Below are positions 38,834 to 50,801 of a stretch of 64,000 bases of DNA, piece by piece. The first letter of the stretch is position 1. The number at the start of each line of letters is the position of its first letter. Position numbers and translations under genes: made by a program. The notes beneath the pieces were generated by a model, which saw only the letters and a program-made list of their open reading frames with translations, searched no databases and was not told where the DNA came from. The stretch is from the human T2T-CHM13v2.0 reference genome, Homo sapiens: NCBI RefSeq assembly GCF_009914755.1, contig NC_060934.1; one strand, 5' to 3'.

Positions 38834-38878
38834 GAAGGTGATGTCGTAAAGCCGGGAGTGTCGTAAACCAGGTGCGGT

Positions 38879-38939
38879 GGGGAGGGGGGAGGGGTGGAGG
38901 CGGAGGGGTGGGGGGGAAGGGGGAGGGAGGGGGAGGAGG
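38879..38939 (+). promoter_or_regulatory. G-quadruplex-forming, SP/KLF/MAZ-type polypurine tract at the ZEB1 start region
   Basis: Eight runs of 3 or more G within ~60 nt, just upstream of the ATG. Confidence 0.8.
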
Positions 38940-38972
38940 TGACTCGAGCATTTAGACACAAGCGAGAGGATC

Positions 38973-39030
38973 ATGGCGGATGGCCCCAGGTGTAAGCGCA
39001 GAAAGCAGGCGAACCCGCGGCGCAATAACG
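38973..39030 (+). CDS. ZEB1: ZEB1 coding exon 1 (zinc finger E-box-binding homeobox 1), 58 nt, phase 1
   Basis: Strong Kozak ATCATGG; encodes MADGPRCKRRKQANPRRNN, the ZEB1 N-terminus (ZEB2 has MKQPI before it and ends RRKN); donor ACG|GTGAGT at 39030|39031. Confidence 0.98.
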
Positions 39031-41263
39031 GTGAGTGGCGGAGGGGACCGGGGAGCGGCGGAGTCAGGGGGAGCTGGGCAGCCGGGGCGCCCCCGGGGGT
39101 GAGGGGGGCGAGCCGGGCTGGGGGCAGCCGGGGCAGGGACGGCAAAGTGGAGTGGGAAAGTAGAAAGTAGTGCTCTCTGCCCCCCTCCGCTGCCGCCGCT
39201 GCCGGAGCCGCGCCGCGGCCGCTCGCTCTCCCTGAACCGTTATGTCTCTTACCTGGTCTCTCTCCGCCTAGCGGCTCCCGCCGCCCCTGCCGCCTCCCTG
39301 GACCGTTAGCCGGCGCCGACGCCGCCGCATCCCCGGCGCAGGGCGGGCGGCCGGGACGCACTGGCCACTTTTCTGGTCCCGGGTGGAGCGGCTGTTGCTT
39401 CTTTCCGCACTTTTCCCCACTCTTGTGCCCTTCGGCGCCTCCCTCTCCCCCTCCTCCTGGCCCCCTCAGCGCGATTCTCCCTCAGCGCCCAGGCCCCCGG
39501 GAGCCGCGGAACAAACTTGTGCCCGGCGCTGACCGTGCAAAGTGGCTTCCGCGCGCCGCGGCCCCGGCCGGCGCCGTCGCTGTCGCTCGGGCCCCGCGAC
39601 TCGGGCCGGGCTGTGGGCGCGCGGCAGGCGGGCTGCGGCGGCGGCGGGACGGGGCGGCCGCGGGTTGCGTGGGGTTTGTGCGCGCGTGTGCGCGGGCGCC
39701 GGCTGTGCGCGCCGCGGGCGGACAGGGTTCGGCCGGCGGCGGTAAAGTTGGGACCCGCGGGCCGGGCGCGCTCGCGTAACGGGGATTAGAGGCGCGGGGG
39801 CGCGGGTCCCTAAGCGCCCCTCCTCCCTGGCGCCTCCCGCTGCCCGGCCCAGAGCCCCGGCCTGGGGACTCCGCGGCGAGCCCCGCGAGTGGGGTCCACG
39901 TTTGGCGGGGCGCGGCGGGGCGGCGCGGGGAACAAGGCAGGAAAGGTACCCACTTAACGCCGCCGGGAGCCGCGCGGATGGGGGCGAGCTGGGCGGCGGG
40001 TGTGTTTGCGGAGTTGTTACCTGGGCTTAGAGACCGGGAAGCACCACAGACAGATCCCCCTCCCGGGGCAGACGAGGTCTCTGCGCCGGGATGGGCCGGT
40101 GTGCGTGCGCCTCGCGCTTTTCTCTTTCGGTTTTTGGGGAAGTTGTTACCTGGGCCGGACGCACGGAGCGCTGAAGCCGGATAATGGGGCTTGGATGGCG
40201 CTCTGGGTCTCGGGTGGAAGGAGGGTGGGGGAGGGGGCGGACGGACCGACGGACGCGCGGGGCTGCTACTTGCACCGCAGCTGCAGTGTTTATTGATTTG
40301 TGCTGCTGTGCCAAGGGAAACACACACCCCTCTGCCTGGCGTGAGAGTTAAAAAAAAAGAGAGACAGCCCGAGGGATCGAGACCTGAACATGTGGTGGTG
40401 GTTGCACAGTCGCCTTTTCCAGTTTGGAGAGACGTTGTAAGTTGATTGTATTTCTGGTTATCTCGGGGCGATGCTATGCTTTCTCTCCCTCTCGTGCAGC
40501 AGCGAAATGTCTGCTGATTGTTATTGTCTGGACAGTTCCTGTGGCGAGAGGGGCGAGACTTGTCCGCCCGGGGGCGGCGGGAGCGCAGGGAGAGCAGCCC
40601 CCGCCTGCGCCGCCCCGGTACCTGTTTGTATAATAATGGGCGGCAACGGCCCTGCCGCCGGCCGCAGCCCAGGCTATATAAGGAATTACACGTACATTTC
40701 GGACCGAGGGGCTCGCTTTGGTTCCTGCGTTATTTTTAAAACGACTTTTAAGAGAGGGGCAATAAATGCGTCTATAATGGGACCGCTGCAGCGTCGAGAA
40801 AACGAGGAAATACGTGTTTAGGAGAAAACTCTCTCGTGCTCCCCCAGCCCCACCCCCCGCGCCTGGGCTCCCTTTCTCCCTCCCCTCTGGGATGCGAAAC
40901 GCGAGGTTTTGTAACCTTTCCTGGCAATTTTAGATTTTGTGTGGGATTTCCTGTCTAGAAGCAGATACGAAGATTTTTAAGCTGTTTCAAGATGTTTCCT
41001 TCCAATCCATAATTATATTTTTAATATATTCGAGCCATCATTAAAATCACTGCTTTCGTGATTTTAATTATTCAAATAAACACTTGCATTTTAAAGACGT
41101 CTGTTGATTATAAACGAAAGGTATTTTGGTATTCTCATTGTGGAGAGATGACTTGTTATAGCAAGGAGTGGAGCATAGGCTATTGCAATTTTAATTTCCT
41201 GTTTTAGCGTCAAATAGTGTGTGTTCCATATTGAGCTGTTGCCGCTGTTGCTGATGTGGCTTT

Positions 41264-41270
41264 ATGAAAG
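41264..41270 (+). CDS. ZEB1: Coding end of an alternative ZEB1 first exon (Met-Lys, phase 1)
   Basis: ATGAAAG|GTAAGT, a perfect donor with the same phase as exon 1; consistent with my recall of a ZEB1 isoform starting MK-VTNYN. Confidence 0.75.
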
Positions 41271-43700
41271 GTAAGTTGGTTCGGAAAGAGCTGTTCGCTT
41301 TTTACCTTATTTAAAATGTTGATCGCCAGAGAAAGGGGCTTTTCTTGTTGCTGACGACATGTGTGTGACATGTGAGTCTGAACCACCCAGCGTCTGTGCA
41401 GCTGCTGTAAACATGTTTACCTGAACAGGAAAGAATGGATTTTTCTCCTTGAGATCCTGTGATATGAATATTACACTCGTAAGGCATATCAACAGATGAC
41501 TTAAGGGGGGAAAAGCGATCCTGAAAGATACTTGAAATCAACAGGAAAGAGAGGTTCTTGATCGCTGCAGCAAATGGCAACTTGTGCAGGTAGAAAAAAA
41601 GATGGTGTTTAGTTTTCTCCTGCATGTATGTCAGCCCCCTCCTGTCTGCTGCTTTCATTCTCAAGGGAGGGATTTATTTACCACGCTTGCTGTCAGTGTT
41701 TTTCCTTTGTGTTTAATATTAGAAAAACAGATTTGCGTCTGTTTAGCACAAAACGTCTTGTCTGCAGTATGCATTACTCTCAGAAAACAAAAGGTGTTTA
41801 AGATAGCACTGTACTACTACAGGTATCTTCCATTTTCATCACTTTTGGCTCTGTCCTTGTATTTCTTTTTGTTCTCAAATGCATTTCATCCATTGCTGGT
41901 GATTATAGCCATGCTATTTGATTTAGCCTTATATTTTGCAAATTAAAAATGAAGTTATATTCCATTGTGTTGTGAAACCTCAGTATATGTGCTGGTTAAT
42001 ATTTCTTAGCAGTGCAGTCATATTTAAGTTGCAGATGTTTATTGGAGAAAATTGCCTGGCAAAACGTTAACTCTCAAATCTTTTTAATGAAGAAATATGT
42101 GATATATACAGTGGAAGATTGTCGTAGAGATAGTTTATGTTGTTATATATGTAAATAATGTTTTATTCATTTTGAAATAAGATACGTGGATTTTGCTGCT
42201 AAGCCTTCTGTAAAATATTTTAATTTCCTTTCTGGAATATGTCTGAAGGTAGGATATTAAAAGGAGTATCAGGTAATGTAACTGACAGGGGTAAACCAAT
42301 TGAGTAAGGTTTGGCCAAAGCATCAAACCTTGTGTGGTAACTTAATGATGTTAGTCATCCGTAAAGGAGTGACATTAGAATTGCTTGAATTAGTTTTTAC
42401 CATTTATAATTTCATGCTTTGTTGCATTTTAAAAAATCTGTCTTTTTCTTTTTCTGCTTTCTTCTATGTGGTTTTCTTCTTGTTCTACCTTTTTTTTTTT
42501 TGAGAGAGAGATGTACTCTACTAATGACCACATGCTGATTAATTCTCTTTAGATGGAATAGAAGGTACATATCCTTCTGTCATCAGCACCATTTCCCCTT
42601 GCTGTCATTGGAAACCACCAGTAGAGGATGCTAACAAAAATGATTATTGGTGTGGTAGCATCATAAGTCTCTCTATCGACTGTGCTGATTGGGACCTTCA
42701 GTATAATTCTGAGTCTTATTGTTACTTAAAACTAGCCTTGGTTAAATTAGGCATAAGCATTTTCTAGTTTGCCGAAACTAGAAAGAAGCAGGACTGTTTT
42801 AACTTGAATAATTTTATAAATTTGAGTTATTTAAGTCTCTAATTGAGATTGCTGTTAATTCATTCTTGTTTTAGAGCAGTTGTATTACTCCTTATTTTAA
42901 AAAGATTTTGTTTTATGTTCTTAGGTTTGGAGAAGAATATGTAATAATTGACCCATATTTATGTTGCATATTTAGAATACTTTTTAATCACCCCTTTTTA
43001 AAATTCATAGTAAGATCCCTTAAAATATATATTTTAGATGTTAAAATACATCTAAAATGGTCAAAGTTTAAGAGTAGCAAGGAAAATTACAATTGATTGA
43101 TAATACTGTGTAATTATTTTTATATAACTTATGTAGACTTAGACTATGGATGGGTTGGCAGAGAGCTACTAACGGAGGTGGTAACTAGCAGTCACTTAGA
43201 TGTTAGTGATTTTTAGATTTTATCTTTTCCTTCCCCTTCAGGTCTTTTCCTACTGGTAGCCCTCCCCCACCTTTTTAGTTAAGAATCAGTGAGTGCATAC
43301 GTTTTAAATTTGTCAGTTGTAATTAAGGAATATAAGTTTGCTTTGAGATCTTATATGCAGTAAAACTCTGTAGTTCGTACGTTGCTGTATGCTTGTATTT
43401 AAATAATTCCTTTCAAGAAACTATATAAATTGCATATAAATAATTGCATGAGACTGTATTTAGTTATGTCTTTTCATTTTGTGTTCTTATAGGTATATTA
43501 ATATAACTGTAAATTTTAAGCCTCTCATTAGGTAGAACATTAGAAGTATTTATTTCCTTAATTATTTTTAGTGGTGTTTTTATAAATGCATCAATATCAG
43601 TACCGTAATGGAATAGCCATACTGTTTATCTTGAACTAAGTAGGTATTGAATTGCCAGGTAAGCCTGTGTTAATTTCTTATTTTAGGATGTCATGGTTCT

Positions 43701-43702
<2 letters not shown>

Positions 43703-43734
<32 letters not shown>
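43703..43734. repeat. (GT)16 microsatellite
   Basis: Perfect dinucleotide run. Confidence 0.95.
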
Positions 43735-43738
<4 letters not shown>

Positions 43739-46599
43739 AGTTTTTCATTTCCTGACAGGTATTTCTTGAATTTAGTATTCTAATTCCTGAGGGCTCAGTA
43801 GTGAATAGGTGTGATTCACTTAAATGTTTATGAACTCAGAAACTTTGCCACAAAGTCACGAGATACATTGTAGCATGGAGCAAAACTTAAAGTATCTTAT
43901 AAATTGAAAATATTAATCGTTTATGAAGATGACCCTGATATAAAAAGCATGTGAAATATTTGTTTAATACTGTTTTCTTCCTTTCTCTAGTCTCTAGTAT
44001 GTTTGAAATGGCATACCTCCTATGTAGTAGCTTTTGAAGCATGTGCTGAGAAACTTCTGTTAAATTGAGAATGATATTTTTAAAATAAGAGCATAATGAT
44101 TTCTCATAGTTGTGTTTTTCTTTTGCTTTATCCTCTTGTGGATTTACCTGTATAAATCACTTTTAAGCATGTGGTTAGAGCCAGATGTAAACACAGATGC
44201 AGTATCATGTGGAATTATATTGTTAGCTACTCTTAACTACCTGTATTGAATTGCAGCAGAGGAGGAGAAAAATCATGCAGATGTTGGAAGAAGATATGCA
44301 TTAGTGTGCAAGAGTACAGCGAGAGGTTAGAAAACTTGAAGCTGTAGAAATAGGATTGAAAAAGGTTTCTTTGCAGTACAGTCACTAATTTATGTGGAAA
44401 TGCATGCTCTTTATTTCTAATTGAGATATAAGCTAAAATAAAAGTCCATTGTTGAAAGAAAACTCAAAAAATTTTAAACTAGAAAAAGTGTCCTGATTAG
44501 GAAATATGATAAAATGATTTTTTAAACTACTTTTTAAAGGGTAGATGTTGTACATATTACTGGCTAAATAATCATTCAACTAGATATGAACTAAAAGTAG
44601 TAAGCAAGTAGAAATATATGTAGTAGAGAAAGTTTTGTAGCAACCCTAGTTAAAATTAAATTTGATCTATTATGTAGGCATTGCCATATAAACTAATCAT
44701 TCTTTTGCATGGGGCAGTGTTTTGAGTATTATGTCACTAAAGGAAACATCTTTAGGACATTAGTTTTACTAAATAAAAATTTCAATATGTTATGAGCATG
44801 TCTGGATTTTAGCCTTGATGGAGGTGGGTTACGCTGTTAACTTAAAACTGGGTTGCTTAAAAAGATGGCAATATAATACAGTACTTAAGTAGCAAAATGC
44901 TCTCTAATAAGTAAAATTTGCTTTATGATTGTTTTCAGAGAAAACAACTTAATTTTTAGAACTTCATTAATTTTGTTAAAGCATATTTTTGGATTATATA
45001 ATATGGATGTAGATAAATGGAAAGATTATGAAAGGAAAAGCAAAAAATTGAATTCAAGTGTCTATTTGTATTATAGCTGTGAAACTTTAAGCTTTTTTCA
45101 TTCTCTACAAAGTTACTTTTCTCTTTCTTCAAACAGCTCCCTGTTGTTTAATACACGTTCCCTCTATACATAGGGATTGCATTTATCTGTCCATATGCAC
45201 ATTTCTCCTCCTAATCAACATTATGTATTTATTGAGACTTGGTACATGGAGGTTGAGGTATGAACTATGTTTGTAGAAAACCTTACAGTATGGCAACCTG
45301 GGAAAACCTTCATCTCTTTTGCAGTAACAACTACATCTGTGCTGAAATTATTCATAACAGATGTTTTGTGATCTCTTAATTCCCTCCCTCTCCCTTCCCC
45401 TCCCCCATTCAGATTTAAAATTAAATGTGAATGGAAGATAAATTTATAAATTATGTTAATTTCTTTTTATTGTTTTATTCTATATTGAAAGTCCTCTGTT
45501 TTCTCTTTTTAAAATATTCTAATTTTAAATGTTTAAGATATTTTAAGTACTCTGATTTCAATTATCTTTTAATAAAATATGACACCATTATTTATATATC
45601 TGTTACTATTCATGCTCACGGCCTAAAATATATTCTGATTTCCCTTACTCTTAAGGTCTTTGTATTCATTTAATCCACAATTCTAGCAGAGTGTTTGGTT
45701 TTGGGTTTTTTTTTTTTTTTTTTAAGTAGATAGTGCTGAGTGTAACTAGTTTGCTGATGAAAAAAACTCATTTTCTTGGAATCATATATTTTTAATATGG
45801 AAGATTCATCTTTTCCAAAATAACTTTTTATCTGAAAACTGACACAGATAAGCTGAAATTTAGGGTCTTTAAGTAGAAACTCTAGAAGAGACTTTAATGT
45901 GTGTTTTAAGAAGGGGTAATGCCAGGCAGATACAGTGACATATGGAATAACATGTAGTGAAATCCTTCAAGGAGTAGATTTTCTGAACCTGGGCTCAGGG
46001 TAACCTTGCTCTGCCTTGAATACTTGAAAAGGCTGTCAAAATCACTGTATCTCTTTAACGTTTTCTCCTTTCTACCCTAAAGTTAAGTTGCTATTTGCTC
46101 CTATTGCTACATCACTTTTCTGAATCTCTTTTGATACACTTGGCTTTTGCTTTATTTGGGAGGGAGAAAGTAAAGGAAGGAGGAATTGGAGTAGACAAAA
46201 AATAACTTTATATGAATAAATATTCATTAAGAAAATGAAGTGGAATAATTTTGGACTGGAGAGATTTGGGAGAATCATCCAAAGCCATTTTGCAGTAAAG
46301 CAGACAGTCAAAGAGATAAGATGACTTTGCCAAGTTTATGTTACTAGTTAGCTTGGACTAGGTCACAGCTTTTTGGGTTCCTAGTTCGGTATTCTTTTCA
46401 TTAGGTCATTTGAGCATATTTATCTAAGACGGTAACAAGCAAGAACTAGATACCATGAATTTTCAAATTTATTATACTTAAAACCAAAATGTGTAGAATG
46501 CTTCATCATCTCAAAGGCAAGTTCTAATACATATGCATACATCTGTCAAATTTAGTAGTTGATGTAGTTATATCACTTAAAATATTTCAGATGCAGAGC

Positions 46600-47960
<1,361 letters not shown>

Positions 47961-47989
47961 GAATACACCCTTTCTTAAGAGGAACAAGT

Positions 47990-48180
47990 ATAGCAGTTAA
48001 GAGTTTGGGTTGATCCTGTAACTTACTACCTATCACCCTGGCCAGGTTACTTAGTCTTTTTATGCTTGAGTTTCTCTGCATGTAAATTGGACATGACAGT
48101 CTAAGAATTGGGAAAGTTTAAATGAAGCATATGACGCATTGTGCCTAATACATGTTTTAAGTTTTCAACACATGTTCATT
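47990..48180 (+). mobile_element. MIR fragment
   Basis: ACCCTGGCCAGGTTACTTAGTC...GAGTTTCTCTGCATGTAAATTGG core. Confidence 0.55.
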
Positions 48181-48733
48181 TAAAATTTTACTTATTTATT
48201 TTAAATATATCTTGGATCAGCTGACAATTTTTTATCCTTTTGACCAGTATTAACTCCAGCTAATGTAACTACCATCTGAAAGGGGGTTGCTGTAAAATTT
48301 GTACATTGTTTGTGTAACTTTGACATTTAACATTGCTTAGTTCAGACCTTGGACAAAGCTGTTAAATGATCAATAGACACTGAAGCTTCATCTTAATGCT
48401 ACTTTTGGTATGTCTTTCAGCTTTAGGAAGGATTCCTTGGATCTTTTTAAGGGCCATTATATGAGAGAGACCTTACCATATCACTTTTATGTATAACATT
48501 GACATGAACTTCAAGGATAATGTCCCATTGTTATTCTGTTACATAAATCAAAGAACTCAAGTCCAAGGAATAAAAGCTGTGCATTCTATATTTGAATAGT
48601 CTAAGCAACATGGAGTCTGCACCTTCTCATATATCCATTTGGCTGGGAATGTATTTAAGAAGATGGCTGTCTTACTGTGTTCCTATGGTATAGATCAGGA
48701 CTATTCTAAGCCAAAAGTTAAAACCATACCCTG

Positions 48734-48758
48734 GTGTGTGTGTGTGTGTGTGCGTGTG
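48734..48758. repeat. Interrupted (GT)n microsatellite at an L1 tail
   Basis: GTGTGTGTGTGTGTGTGTGCGTGTG. Confidence 0.85.
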
Positions 48759-48759
48759 A

Positions 48760-49935
48760 ACTTAATTGAGGTATAATTTATATACAATAAGATATACCAC
48801 TATGCATGTACATTTTGATAGAGTTTTGACATACTTGCATACATGTGTAACTGCTACCACAGTCAAGATGTAATAGAACATTATTTCCATCATCCTAAAG
48901 AGTTCTTGTGTACTTAATCTCAGCCAATCTTCCCCACCTATTGCCCCCTAGCAATGATCTGCTTTTGGTCACTAGAGGTTAGATTTAATGTTTCTAGAGT
49001 TTCATATAAACCGAATCATGCAGTATGTCCTTTCTGTGCACCTTCTTTTGCACAGGATATTATCAAAATTAATAAGTATCAGTAGCTCATTCCTTTTGTA
49101 TTGCTGAGTAGTATTCCATTGTATGAATGTTATATCACCAAATACACAATTTGTGTCGCCATTCACCTGCAGTGGAACTATTAACTTGGGTTGTTTCTGG
49201 TTCTTTGCTCTAATGAATAAAGCTACTGTGAACATTTACATAAAATTTATATGCATATATATCTTACATTTTTCTTGAGTCAATACTTAAGAGTACAGTT
49301 ATAGTACAGGTAACTGTACTTCTAAGTACATATAGTAAGTATATGTTTAACTTGGTAAGAAGCTGCAAAATTGCAAACTGCTTGTGACAAACATTTTTAC
49401 ATTTCCACCAGCCATGTATGAGAGTTCTGGTTGTTCCACATCCTTGCAAACAATTGTCCATGTTTTTAATTTTAACCATTCTAGTAGATGAGTGGTAGTA
49501 TCATTTTGGTTTTGATTGGATTTCACCGGTGACTAATGATGTTTGAAGATCTTTTGGTGTATGTATTGGCCACTTGTATATTTTCCTTTGTGAACTGTCT
49601 GTTCAAATAATTTGTCCATTTTTAATTGGATTGTTTGTCTTTTTATTATTCAGTTGTAAGAGTTCTTTGTATATTCTGGACCAAAATTTTTTGTTGGATA
49701 CAAGTATTAAAGATATTTCTCTCTTTCTGTTGGCTTATCAGTTTTCTTAATGGTACCATTGAAGTGCCAAAGCTTTAAATTTTGATGGAGTTTAATTCAT
49801 AATTTTATTCATTTAAGCTTTGTGTCCTTTCTGAGAAATCTTTGCCTATTCCAGATCTTCAGGATTTCTCCCATGTATTTTTAGAAGCTTATAGCTTTAC
49901 CATTTAGGTCTGTAATCCATTTCAGGTTAATGTTT
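48760..49935 (-). mobile_element. L1MC/L1MD-like 3' end
   Basis: TTGAGGTATAATTTATATACAATAA, ATTGCTGAGTAGTATTCCATTGTATG, TTTACATTTCCACCAGCCATGTATGAGAGTTC. Confidence 0.85.
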
Positions 49936-50801
49936 GGTCTTAACTCACCAGAATTTGGCATAAGAATTTTTATTTGAAATTTTTAAAAATGTTTCTCAGG
50001 GCCCAACTAATACCCAAAGCTCAGGATTATAGAGGAACACAAGTCCTACTTCCCTGGTTTTGAACATTTTTAACTGAGAGTGAGTACATTGTGCCTAGTT
50101 GGGGTTTTCAAGGTTCTTCATGTCCTTGACACATTTTAATTCACTGAAATATACTTTATTGAGGATACAGTTTCAGAGAAAGATGCCTAAGGAGAGTGGC
50201 CCTAGTTAGGGGAATGCGAGTGTTGTCTTCAAGGTTTCTTATTTCCTACAAGGTTTTAAGGAATTTAGCACTATACCAATTCATTTTCATGTTCCGTAGC
50301 TTTTATCTTTAGATGGGGAGTTTGTTTAAACCTAACATTTATCTTGAGTTTTTAAGGGATGTAGTTTTCTCCTTGAGATAAATGCTTGATCTTACTGATT
50401 TTTGGCTACATATTTTACCTCCTCACTTTGTTATAGCTAAAGAAAAAGTTTTTAGTTACTTTTAACTTTGATAAGTTGATTACAGATGGGTTTATTATAT
50501 TTATTTCTTTCATTTCTTAGAAAATATAGATGTTACTTATTCCTATGTAATTCTTATTTTAAGATAGTTTTTTAAGTTTAACTTTTCTGTTTTATTTTAT
50601 CACCTATTCCTATTCCTTGAAAATTCGTTATAAGTAACCTGTGCCTTATTTTTGTTTTTACAGATCTCGCTTTTTAATACTCCTTTTAGCTCTGTGTCTG
50701 TCTTGAACGTTCTGTATATTAATGCATAATTCCTTCTGAGCTGGTATCCTTAGGTGCATTTATAGAAAAAGCATTGAACTGGGAAGGAGTCTTAAATTTC
50801 A

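Larger units (their letters stand above)
38000..40910. promoter_or_regulatory. CpG island, bidirectional ZEB1/ZEB1-AS1 promoter
   Basis: Very GC- and CpG-rich against AT-rich, CpG-depleted flanks; GC boxes; spans the first coding exon. Confidence 0.95.

Noticed and set aside
39031-39170. Continuation of the ZEB1 exon 1 ORF to 65 aa
   Set aside because: Read-through past the canonical GTGAGT donor into intron 1
38166-40821. Many overlapping long Pro/Arg/Gly/Ala-rich ORFs (e.g. 39482-40327, 38675-39361, 38231-38791)
   Set aside because: Expected stop-codon depletion in a CpG island; low complexity, several with non-ATG starts, no recognisable domains
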